Virus genome (UHGV): UHGV-0076294
Reading direction: 5' to 3' (one strand)
Length of the DNA stretch: 64,000 nucleotides
Source: a virus
The translations under genes were made by a program, and so were the position numbers. The stretch's first letter is position 1. Each line of letters starts with the position of its first letter. Shown here piece by piece: positions 15,001 to 24,500 of the stretch. The notes under the pieces were generated by a model. It ran no database searches and was not told the origin of the DNA. It worked only from the letters and a program-made list of their open reading frames with translations.

Positions 15001-17223
15001 GGTGCTAGTAGACAAATCGTCCTTACGTAGACGCCAAGCTGCTACTGCGTAAGCAGAGTTATTTACCGTAGAGCGGAGAAGATAAACGTAATCCTCAACC
15101 AACACAACATCATCGGCTTCTGGCCACGGATTCCAGGTTTGTTCCACAGTACCGCTGGGGTTGCCGTTACGGTACACGGGCATCGTAACGCGACATACCA
15201 CCGTGTGTTTAGTGTGATCCATCGAACCATTAAACAACACCAAATAACGGTTATTATCAGAACCCAGACAAATAATCGCTTCCTGACCACCGATCAATAT
15301 AGCTTTCAGGGTCACTTCAGGATATTTACTCATCCCGGCAGGGTGATATTTCACTGAGGTCTGCTGCGGATTTACAAACGCGTTTGACGTGTTAATGTCA
15401 GCATAGCCGTAATAAATGGCTTCTGTACCCGGTACGCCGTTAGAACCGTTACGGAGCGAATAAACCTTACCCTGCTGATACCCAACAACCCCTTTTTGAT
15501 AAGACTGGTTTTTGGTATAACCCGAATAGTTACCTAGCGCTGGGATAGGTAAGAAGTTCTTGTTACCGAACTTCGCACCACCTACCGTCCACGCCGGTAA
15601 GATGGTATTCAGTTTATCAGAGACTTTCTTAATCTCTTTTGCGAACAGCCACCCTTGACGCGACGTGACAGCTTTATCGTTAGTAGTGTCAATCGCATCC
15701 CAGAGCTGCAAGATGCCGTCAACCGTTGCACTACCAATTGGAATGTTAACCAAGTCAGCAGTGGTGTGTGTATGCGTCTTCAAACTCTTGTTTTTCAACA
15801 CGTTCGTTAACGCTTTCGTCACCGGCTTAGCACTTGGCGTGGTGTTATCCATCTTATCGATACCGAAATCGGTTTTCGTTAAGGTTAACACCATACTGTC
15901 GCCTACCTTAACAAACCCTTTACCGTTAACGGTATAGTCATCGTCAACGTACAGGTCCAAGCGGTCTTTTAATTCGGTTACGGCTTTCTGGGAGATAGCA
16001 GTACCTAACGCCGCAGACGTGGAGATATTCGTAATCGAGAACAACCCATAAACTGATTCGGTCGCTGTGGGAATATTCGCGTTTAACGTAACCGGGTTAG
16101 TCTGTTTTGCGGTACCGTACGGTTTTACAGTGTCTGACGCTTTGAAATACGCGTTTGCTTCGAGCAACGTTACTGACGTCAGGTACATGTTCACCATTTC
16201 TGGCGTAACCAGATACACGGAGTTATAAACTGGCGCTAATACATCCTGTTCTGACCCCGAGTGAACCCAAAGCGTATTCAGACCCGCACTGAATTCAACC
16301 GCTAAACCCGATTCGTTGTTGTCCTGGTCTGCTTTAATCACCAACGGTTGTGGCGAGGTAATTAACCACTTATCACCACGAATACTGATGATGTGGCCAC
16401 CTGACGTTTTAAACGTTAATTCATTACTGTTCGTGGTACCCCATCGACCGTAAACGGTGCCGAGGGCTTCACCCATTAACTGGTCAACGTCCGATTGCTC
16501 AATACCCGCTGAACCCATCAGCGTAGCCAACTCGTCAATCGTCAACCCAAACGCTTTTGTAGCGTCAACAGCACGTCCTAATACGGGAAGAGCAGCAATG
16601 TCATCAGTGGTATAATGATGCGCGTTAGGGTTACGGTGATGCTGGTATAATTCTTCGTCGAAAACCTTTTTCCCGTTCTCGTAAATCAGGTTAGTGACTT
16701 CACTGAACGCAGCATCTAACTCCGTAGAACGCTTAATGATTTTCTTGCGAATGTCTTCTAACGCCTTAACAACCTCATCCCTCAGAATCGCTTCTTCTAA
16801 GTTAGCAGGCGGGTCGATAGGCTGAATAACCGGCGCATACGCCATTAGTTCAGACCAGTCCACGTTACGTGGGTCTTTCAGGTCAGTACGAACTAAGAAC
16901 TTCCCGATTTCAGATTGCGGTACACGATATTGACGTGCTACCCCTAAAATCTCATATTCGATTTCTGTTGCAGTAAGCAACATAAACCCGCCGTAAATCT
17001 GATCTTGTTCAGCTTCTGCGAGTTCTTTAAAGTAATAGCCTAAATAGTAGTCCAACCCCTCAATCAGAGTACGACGTCCGTTAGGCGCGGTATCGTCGGC
17101 TACTGTGAGTTTTAATCCGATACGATAAAAAGGTCCTTCAGGTGGAATGACCACGTTAAATCGGTTAGGGTACGTTGCTGTGCTTAGCGTACCGTTAAAC
17201 TGCGCCGCGTCTTCTCTCGGCAT
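12040..17223 (-). CDS. Giant tail fibre / host-recognition protein (1727 aa)
   Basis: PPEGPFY...GLDYYL N-module. Fibre-type motifs (FGIDKMDNTTPSAKPVTKAL, KTHTHTTADL, NPNAHHYTTDDIAAL). AGGAG RBS. Confidence 0.8.
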   Translation of the reverse strand: MPREDAAQFNGTLSTATYPNRFNVVIPPEGPFYRIGLKLTVADDTAPNGRRTLIEGLDYYLGYYFKELAEAEQDQIYGGFMLLTATEIEYEILGVARQYRVPQSEIGKFLVRTDLKDPRNVDWSELMAYAPVIQPIDPPANLEEAILRDEVVKALEDIRKKIIKRSTELDAAFSEVTNLIYENGKKVFDEELYQHHRNPNAHHYTTDDIAALPVLGRAVDATKAFGLTIDELATLMGSAGIEQSDVDQLMGEALGTVYGRWGTTNSNELTFKTSGGHIISIRGDKWLITSPQPLVIKADQDNNESGLAVEFSAGLNTLWVHSGSEQDVLAPVYNSVYLVTPEMVNMYLTSVTLLEANAYFKASDTVKPYGTAKQTNPVTLNANIPTATESVYGLFSITNISTSAALGTAISQKAVTELKDRLDLYVDDDYTVNGKGFVKVGDSMVLTLTKTDFGIDKMDNTTPSAKPVTKALTNVLKNKSLKTHTHTTADLVNIPIGSATVDGILQLWDAIDTTNDKAVTSRQGWLFAKEIKKVSDKLNTILPAWTVGGAKFGNKNFLPIPALGNYSGYTKNQSYQKGVVGYQQGKVYSLRNGSNGVPGTEAIYYGYADINTSNAFVNPQQTSVKYHPAGMSKYPEVTLKAILIGGQEAIICLGSDNNRYLVLFNGSMDHTKHTVVCRVTMPVYRNGNPSGTVEQTWNPWPEADDVVLVEDYVYLLRSTVNNSAYAVAAWRLRKDDLSTSTTLEFERVTLNGEMGQFGDNLCLRIGQKTEESQTGQFFTYLTPEARAKWTIGCNFVHGPECNHACAVRDGVIRVNHMPTVWFAAADSSQINFRQWATSFTIDTSTGKVTLEGRERFPIKADATTLSFADGSTVETSRKWGGGQANNRCFATYAKPNGTGMMLSCWQINDADQMPNVSIKGTQGKELFDYLRYDNPNNTSGEGTFTWDKGRGSIYTIGLSHPVGIGGSNKVWLSNPRNRYTIEVEVDPNKPYDVPGYSGYGPNNNRREVDATLYEQLSCMAACMIPEERHGQLNGWYLTKAETFPYRNIYGNFALSSERLTLEETDRQKMIQMIVDGAPSGEANGYANERISAAHQTGNALFALWMLGINTVCEFDLLQVSCMKTLSNGRRILDIYYFMVSPSKENGYLRFNSATFKLVDWFLDKDYGLSYQSLREEAGNKTRRVGQPIFASADGTNFGIWLPYTLTIRNIGDLNALGYAAKYTYDPGSGWSRVPGKSQLRQMAPAHNPESGCYMGAGNWDKMALIFSKADRVFCSGNAYTAAEFVNDTTFSTGGQAVIIAGVETAEGWILYLTEEVKLDFGSSSYTLPTWSVDLSSEFPSNHANQTFYVHAEVSGSTAQYRIGLEQLADTSTRLFVGTVTTDSSRITDISIDKVKRLGRVKELEDHAAIIDQHDVAAAFDRKTGPLLTLINKPVKAPTASASKGEGYVDGQKWGSLSGITTRPKIPIQETYSGYKSVARVAYENCADQFWQKAVAANIATATASENSQAASANMKWIGAYTKPTTGTYAYLALSLRVQVPGNPGTANRTLKLRLAAPTGIVEARYGINQAGGSMAEQKVTLSANQYLEKEHTGFKPAEEVRVHVTFVIPKNEYESYRTKFGAVQLIDVESGTTIKQADIDTPFCVYTDTELSAQSGLVYKAVKGQFDNLPSEPALVVRDGQTGTNPPVKSSYDDGTLTVYVATTFDALNPAETRDIDKLQFNLMFTS

Positions 17224-17256
17224 CGTAAAGACTCCTACTTTTTAAATAAAATGGAT

Positions 17257-17281
17257 ACCCCTCCCCATTACAGGGAGGGGT
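17257..17281 (-). other. Intercistronic GC hairpin
   Basis: CCCCTCCC/GGGAGGGG stem with 7-nt loop between fibre genes. No clear T-run. Confidence 0.4.
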
Positions 17282-17318
17282 TACCTACGGACACACAACT
17301 GCCCGCAGGCAGCCTGTC

Positions 17319-20300
17319 CTAAGTACGATCCCCTAACTGCTTCCCGTTAAGTTCTCGTTTCAGTACAGAAAGTATCCATTTCCACGCTTTACTCGTGATA
17401 TGGTACGGATTCCGTTTCTCCATTAAGAACTGCTTTTCACCGCTACGCAGTTCGAAGCTCTGCGCATTAAGGTAGTCCTGACGATAGATTTTCTCATCAA
17501 AAACTTCCAATGAACAGGTAAAGTTAAGTTCGTACCCTTCAGGATTATTACCTGGTGGTTCTAAGACAATATAAATGTCCTGACCTACGCGTAAATCCCT
17601 TGGAGTGATGGTAATCGCTTTACCTACATCAGCGCTTGTTGACAGTGCAAACTCCGCACTATCGGTGGACGCTAAGTACGGGTCTTTCCCTGCATCGCCT
17701 ATAATTACCTTACCCGGCCAGTTGCACTTCACCGTCCCGGACACCTTTGCAATCCGATATTGTTGTCTCTCAACACCTTGTGCAAAACGGAGAATGAGTT
17801 TGTGACGATAACGACTTGCAGCGGCTTTAGTCGTACTCCACTCATTGTTCCAGGAGGTATGAAGTTCATTTTTCTTGGCCATTAATGCGCCACGAGACAG
17901 CTTACGTGGGAAGAATTGTGCTGGTAATTGCCCATCGTGGGAGGTCGCCACTCCCCCTTGTCCGGTTGGAAGTGCTATTGTTTCCGTAGGACAATAACTT
18001 AACTCGTACTCGTATGTTGCAGGATCGATCAATTTCTGATAGTAATCGCCGTCCTTACTGTTTGCTAACCAACCAACGGAAGAGTCCATATACGATTCAA
18101 ACAGTGAACGTAAATAATGATACTTATCAATATCGATATTACCCGTTTTTGGATCAATCAGCGCATGGTTAATAGTGAGGAGACACTTTTCACTCAAACC
18201 TTTAAACGCTAAACCCACTCCATCGCCGGTAAAGTAGTCTACCAGGTCAAATGGAAACGCCATCTCTATTTGTCGCAAGTCGATAGTCGTTGAACCAAAC
18301 TGCGAAAAAGATAGTGCTAATCGAAGTACACGAGTATTAACGTTATAACGATAACGAATCATCCCACGTGGCGCATGGTTAGCGGAGATCTTATCACCGC
18401 TTGGTCCCCAGCCAATTAAGTCGAGTATTTCGGCATTCGTTACTTCTCCATTAAACAAAACGTCTTTAGTCGTGACTTCAACCGATGTTTCCCTTCCGGC
18501 ATCCATTAACATCGAACCGTTATTCAACTCGAAGTTCTTAAGCCAGACTTCTGAAGTCGAACCGGCACCTACGCCCACCTTACAAGTTTTACTAGTAAGG
18601 TTAATACGCACATAACGACGTCCCGCCGTACCGCCCTGCGAGCTTGCACACAAAATAAGATCAGGTGCCGCAGACAGTGCCTTGGTCCCTCCAATGTCGT
18701 CGACATCGAAAACGAATGAGCCTTCGAACGTTGGTGCGTTATTTTCCTTCGGGTTAAATGGCGTAAACCAACAATAAGGCGTCGCACCCTCGGTTGAGAA
18801 AATCAACTCTAAGTCAGTTTTAACATTTAATCCGTGGGAATAAGAGAAAAGTCCCCGACTTAAGGTACAAAGCGTACCGCCACTTCCGCTACCTAACATT
18901 TTTCGATAAACTAAGGCACGTGGTTCAGCAATAGCGCGATTTAACAACGGCAGTCGTGGGTTATCCGTTAACGTCCAGTCGACAGAGCTGAGTCCGTGTG
19001 CCTTGCGAGTACCAATGTGTTCACTAACCTCGGCACTTTTCCCGAAATCGAACGTGGTTTCAAATCTCACGGTTTTATTCGCGTAGGATGATACACCCGC
19101 AACAATATCAACATAGCCGATATAACCACGCTCAGGATCGACCTCAAATCCTTGAACTGGTTCAGCACGCGAATACAAAGAGCCTGTGAGCATGTTAACG
19201 TACAGATAATGACGAATCCCTACATGCGTTGTAACAAACTCCTGAAGAAGCTCTACGCGCGTTTCAGGGCCACTGAAGTAAACAGGATAGTCACCATCGT
19301 AAACTTCAAATTGTACAGCTGCCGATTTTGCAGTATCGCTACATTCTGCTTTAACAGCAATTGTGTAGTTTTCAACATCTGGAGACGTTCCATAGTTCAT
19401 TAACAATGGCGACTCACCAGTAGCACCCACAACACCATTTACATAAACGGTTATTGTCCCACCGCCAGCGGCATAAACAAACAGCCTTTTCTGATGGGCT
19501 TTGACGCGCGTTTTAGCCAGCACCGATACAACGGACTGATCGCCCATCTGCGTAGCGCTTTTACCTACCGGAACTGACTGAAACCCCATTATTGGAGGAT
19601 CAACAATTCCATCCCAACTAATCCCGGTACCTTTACTAACCTTACCCGTAGGCCAAGTCAGTTCAAGCTGGTTATTCGGTGAGAACCAGTTAAACATTGG
19701 GGTAGTTTGCAGGTCAATCGCACCGGTAACGGTACTGTCGCCTTTCATACCGTTCAGCAAATAGAAACATTTCAAATCCTGAACAGAAATTGCAGTACCC
19801 TGGCTATTGAAACGCCAGTCTGCGCCTTTCACAGCAGCGAAATCCGTTACTGTTCCTTCTTTCGCGTTTGCTATCGCAGCAGCCACCACATCTAAACGGG
19901 CTGAAAGCTCTTTTAAGATGTCCGGTACAACCGCACGGTTCTCAACCAACCCGTTCTGGTTAGATGCATAACGACCAATACCGTAAATCGACTGCGAGGC
20001 TTTATAAATGCCTAACTCTGACCAGTCGTGGTGGTGACCGACATCTGCTAAACCACTAACCGATATATTCAGTTCAGTAGACAACGGTTTGTCGAGGTCT
20101 GCGGTGTTATCCGCTTGCCCTAATCCCAGGTCAGCTTTCGTGATCGTCCTGGAGCCGTCGTTCATTGACTTACCGTTAATCATGGTCGTTTTAGTCACGT
20201 ACCCTGATAAGTCGGTTGAATATGGCGTTAGTGACGCAGGGGTTGCTGCAACCCCAACCGTTTCTGTGCCTTTACCGGTTTTAAGTTTAACGACACCTTT

Positions 20301-21524
20301 TTCAGTGGTTGACGCTTTCGTCGGGTCGATAGCCCCCACGATAGGATCGGCTCGAGAACCTTTACCAGTGAAACTGATCCCATTACGGCCTTCGATATAC
20401 ACTTTGGAGTCATCAGGGTCGCTACCGCCACCAGAACCCGCATCCGGGTCTTGTTGGTATTCCATAAGTGCGGTGGTGGTCAGTAACGGGTTACCGTTTA
20501 GGGTGAGTTTGTTCATCCCTAAAGCATCTCCCGTTGACTCGATGCGTAACGTGTTTTTACCAGCACGCCAGTTAATGTAACGTCCCGCATCAGTGCCTTC
20601 CAGATGCCCTACCGCTAATACCACAGAACCATCGGATTTTAACGTAAAGCCGTCATTTGCAAAAACGATTTCTGACTCGCCGTTTTTTGAACGGAACTGT
20701 GCGCGGTTTCCTGACACCGTACAGTTAAACACACCCTGTACTTCCGAAGAAATCCAGTGGGAGATATACGTGTCGATAACCGACTGTGGCAAACGAAACG
20801 CTTTCAGTTCTTCCGTTAACGCTTTCAATTTTAACCCGTACGCCATAAAGGTGTCAGGTGTTTTCAGGTCAACGGGATGTGCATTAATTTGTGCGCTCGT
20901 GGTTTCGTGCGGGTTCGTCGCGGCGATATGTGCTGGGTAGTTAAACGCCTCGATTTCTTTACCCAACGCAGTCACTAGCGCTTTAACTTCGGCTAATTTA
21001 TCTTTAATTAGCTGGTTAGCGTCATCGGTTTTCAACTCAATATCGTGAATCGCTGACGCTAAGTATTTTTTGTTCAGCAAATCCGCCCAGGACGTTGCCG
21101 CAGGCGTAGCTGGGTATAACGACGGTCTACCGTCTAACAACAGCCAGTCTACACTGACTGGGTTATTCAAATATTTCACCAACTCGTCGAGCATGTCAAC
21201 GAACGGGTCGTAGAACGTACCGCCGAGCATTTGTCCTTCAAAGGTTACAATACCTTTAATGGATGGGTTGATAAGGTGTACCCCACAATACACGTTGGCT
21301 GCTACCGAGTCATCCAGTTCTGTCAGTTGGTATTGCAGTTCGTAGTCCACCCCACGACTTAGTGGGGTGGTTGAACCCGGTTGTCTGACGACCAAATCTT
21401 CAAAGAACGGGCGATGGTCTAAAATCACCACCCGATCGTTGTTGTTTTCTGACCCGATGATACGCTCCTCTAAGAAGTGATTCTCGGTTTTCGTCCCCCG
21501 AGGATCGTAAGGATACGCTTTCAT
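17319..21524 (-). CDS. Giant tail fibre protein (about 1401 aa)
   Basis: DHRPFF...GVDYEL N-module. ADLGLGQADNTADLDKPLS and HHHDWSELG fibre motifs. ATG 21524 preferred over TTG 21527 (AAGGAG RBS overlaps the upstream stop). Confidence 0.8.
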   Translation of the reverse strand: MKAYPYDPRGTKTENHFLEERIIGSENNNDRVVILDHRPFFEDLVVRQPGSTTPLSRGVDYELQYQLTELDDSVAANVYCGVHLINPSIKGIVTFEGQMLGGTFYDPFVDMLDELVKYLNNPVSVDWLLLDGRPSLYPATPAATSWADLLNKKYLASAIHDIELKTDDANQLIKDKLAEVKALVTALGKEIEAFNYPAHIAATNPHETTSAQINAHPVDLKTPDTFMAYGLKLKALTEELKAFRLPQSVIDTYISHWISSEVQGVFNCTVSGNRAQFRSKNGESEIVFANDGFTLKSDGSVVLAVGHLEGTDAGRYINWRAGKNTLRIESTGDALGMNKLTLNGNPLLTTTALMEYQQDPDAGSGGGSDPDDSKVYIEGRNGISFTGKGSRADPIVGAIDPTKASTTEKGVVKLKTGKGTETVGVAATPASLTPYSTDLSGYVTKTTMINGKSMNDGSRTITKADLGLGQADNTADLDKPLSTELNISVSGLADVGHHHDWSELGIYKASQSIYGIGRYASNQNGLVENRAVVPDILKELSARLDVVAAAIANAKEGTVTDFAAVKGADWRFNSQGTAISVQDLKCFYLLNGMKGDSTVTGAIDLQTTPMFNWFSPNNQLELTWPTGKVSKGTGISWDGIVDPPIMGFQSVPVGKSATQMGDQSVVSVLAKTRVKAHQKRLFVYAAGGGTITVYVNGVVGATGESPLLMNYGTSPDVENYTIAVKAECSDTAKSAAVQFEVYDGDYPVYFSGPETRVELLQEFVTTHVGIRHYLYVNMLTGSLYSRAEPVQGFEVDPERGYIGYVDIVAGVSSYANKTVRFETTFDFGKSAEVSEHIGTRKAHGLSSVDWTLTDNPRLPLLNRAIAEPRALVYRKMLGSGSGGTLCTLSRGLFSYSHGLNVKTDLELIFSTEGATPYCWFTPFNPKENNAPTFEGSFVFDVDDIGGTKALSAAPDLILCASSQGGTAGRRYVRINLTSKTCKVGVGAGSTSEVWLKNFELNNGSMLMDAGRETSVEVTTKDVLFNGEVTNAEILDLIGWGPSGDKISANHAPRGMIRYRYNVNTRVLRLALSFSQFGSTTIDLRQIEMAFPFDLVDYFTGDGVGLAFKGLSEKCLLTINHALIDPKTGNIDIDKYHYLRSLFESYMDSSVGWLANSKDGDYYQKLIDPATYEYELSYCPTETIALPTGQGGVATSHDGQLPAQFFPRKLSRGALMAKKNELHTSWNNEWSTTKAAASRYRHKLILRFAQGVERQQYRIAKVSGTVKCNWPGKVIIGDAGKDPYLASTDSAEFALSTSADVGKAITITPRDLRVGQDIYIVLEPPGNNPEGYELNFTCSLEVFDEKIYRQDYLNAQSFELRSGEKQFLMEKRNPYHITSKAWKWILSVLKRELNGKQLGDRT

Positions 21525-21537
21525 CAAAAAAATCTCC

Positions 21538-24500
21538 TTAATCGCGAATGATTACCGCCTGCACTTTATTGCTGGTGTCGATAAACGACATTACGCGCTC
21601 CTTATTAAGATAAGGAGGTATCGGTAACGCAGCATAATCCGCCAGGTTGTTATTAAATTCAGTTGCCACTAACGCATTAAGCGTTTCGGGGTCTGAACTG
21701 GCACCGGCCAATTCCATAACGCGCACACGATTTAATGAGGAATAGTTGCTAATATAGTCCAACAACGTACCATAGACTTTATTCGCAGTTGCACTGTCTC
21801 CCGCAGAACGGACGTCGGCACGGACCTCATCCTCATAAAGTCCCCCTAAACCGTAGTAAATAGGGGTATACGGATCGTTAACGATAGGTTCAATATTGAA
21901 GCCAGTTAAACGGTCGGTTAATGGGATTTTCTGCGTAGTTCCCCCTGCTGCCGTACAGCTTACATATTTGTCCGTCGCAGATAAATGCACCCCGACAGTA
22001 TACGCAGTCCCCGCTAAGGTCAGTCTTGCACTAAACGTTATTGCGTTGGTTGCACTACGGGTGTGGGTAAATGATACTACAGGTTGTAATGAACTCCACG
22101 GTGCAGGTGTAACACGTTTCGTTGGTGTGAAACCTAACACTACTGATTTCCCGCTACCGAAGTTCAAACCGAACCCTGCGTAACAATACTCACCGTTACT
22201 GTCAGTTAAACGATATCCGCGAGTGATAAGTAACGACAACCGCATAAACTCGCCATCGGTGTTTTTCCAACAACCTAAAATGGTTTCTAACACCGTGCCG
22301 GTTTTTGCGTTGCTTTCTGTTTCCCAACTTACCCGCATTCCTGCGTTCTTAAAAGCTGGGAACATGTTGTGGATAAACCCGTGAACGTTATCGCTTACCC
22401 CTTTCGCATCAAACACCCACTTCGACGCAAGCTGATCGTATTTCACACCATCGAGTGCTTTATATCCACCGCCAACCACATAACGCCAATCTGCCTCGCC
22501 ACGCACAACCGCTTGAAGTCCAGAAGCCCAGCAGGGCGCACCTACTGTTAAATTGCTTAACCCCAGCACTGCACGCGGAGCAGAACGCTGAATATGTGCG
22601 TTGTCATTAGCGACGTGGTCTTTCAGCTCACGGAAATCGCCTAACCGTGTCACGTTTCGGAGTTCCACTACGTCAACTTGGGAAAGTTCGTTAACAATAA
22701 GCTTCCCAACACGCGTCATGGTGTCGGTTTCAGCTTGATTGTAACTATCGTGGACGATATACATTGCTCTATTGTCGACGATATCAACAAAGATCCCTGC
22801 GTGGATTAACGTTTGTGGGTTTGTGAAACGTTCGGTAACGTTAACCGTCATTAACGGTACGTCATACGTCTCACCACCAACGAAATACGTTGAAGCGGGG
22901 AGTGTAAGCAGAATGTTATCCTTAACGGTAACGTCAATTAAGTCGTTACCGGACTTACCAAAGCGAATAATGTCAACGCGAGCACCCGAGTCAACGCCAC
23001 CGACGGTATTCTCCAAATCTTCAATCTGGGAAGTCTGCGCCATCACCACACTACCATCGAGTGCTAAAGTGGCATCATCCACTTCCAGACCGAATTTAAT
23101 CAGACCCCGTTTCGTGGTGTCTGCGTTCGCAACACCGAATACGGAAGACGGGTGTTGGTGAACCTTCGGTGAGTATTTGTCCAGCTCGGTCTGCTGTGCA
23201 ACAGAAATCGGTAAGTCAACGTCCGGGGTATTCGCAACGTTACCTAAACCAAAGGTAATTTTGTCGATAGTAACCGAACTGGTAAGCTGCATGTCGTTGA
23301 TGTACGACTTGGCGGCAACTAACTTACCGGTAAACTCTGCGTCCAGTTTTTCAATTAACGCAGGGGTTGCTGCGAGGTTTTCAGCCGTACCGAATTCGTC
23401 CGTTAACTGCCAGCAGGCTAACGTCGTGACGTCGTTGGCAACCGGAAGGATAAACGTTGCGACAAACGGCGACGCTTTAATCCCGCTACCAGTAAGTTCC
23501 ACTGTAGCTGTAGATGCACCGTAGAATAATCCCGTGCCGCCTGCGGTATTACCCGGCAAATACGGCGCTACCGTAGTGGGGTCTAAGAGTTTCTTACCAC
23601 GCCACAATAATCCACGATCATCAGGGTATAGCACAAGCTGGTTATCGCCCGCCTGTAACGTTACCGGGTTGTTACCCACGTTAACGTCAGTAGAACCTTG
23701 ACCGATGAACTTAATGGATTTCGGATCAACGACAAACTGGGCACCTAAACGTGTCTCGTCAACAACATCAGGTGCTTTCTTAATGGTAACCGTGTTACCT
23801 TTGTTTTGCGAACTAATGGTGACAGCATCAGCAACGTTGTTAATCCACGTTTTAAAATGATATTGATTTTCCAACGCTTCTAGCGCAGAATCCATGTTAT
23901 CAAAATTAATTCTGGCACTGTAAGTTTTACCGTTTACCGTAACGACAGCATCGAACACGTTCCCCGTGCGCTTCAACTGGAAACGTAATGAGAAATCGCT
24001 GTTAGGTATTGCCGGATCAGGAGCTTGAGAAATATACCTTACCTGCGGAACTGTACCAACAGTATTAAGGCTTAGCGAAACTTCAATAGAGATAGTATCG
24101 CCCCAGATTCCGGCTTTTATCTCGACAAACTTGCCAGCGTTTGTGCCCGAGTTCTCGTAAAACCGCATAATCGCGGAACCGACCGCCTCATTACCCGACG
24201 CAGTTTTTATACCAGTGGCAATAAAGTCAATATCTTGCAGGTTAGCGGGTACCGCATTAAAAGAAGCACTAAATCCATTCTTCGTTCCTGTGTAACGAAG
24301 CTCGCCGTGATACCTGTGACCACTACTAACATAGCTTTCGCTAAAATAAGGGCTCACGTATTTAGACATCGAAACCGGATCAACTTCTGTCGTGAACGAA
24401 GTAAAACCGGGCAGCGTTCCAATGGTTCCGTCGGCCGTTTTCGTAGTTGACGTGCGCAGTAGTTTCTTTTGCGCAGTCAATGTTTCTTGCGTTGGATACT

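Noticed and set aside
12845-23524. Plus-strand ORFs of 60-163 aa inside the giant fibre genes (for example 20089..20580, 22772..23161, 23177..23524, 12845..13183)
   Set aside because: They are antisense to very long, motif-rich fibre ORFs, lack RBS and have odd composition. These are typical shadow ORFs.
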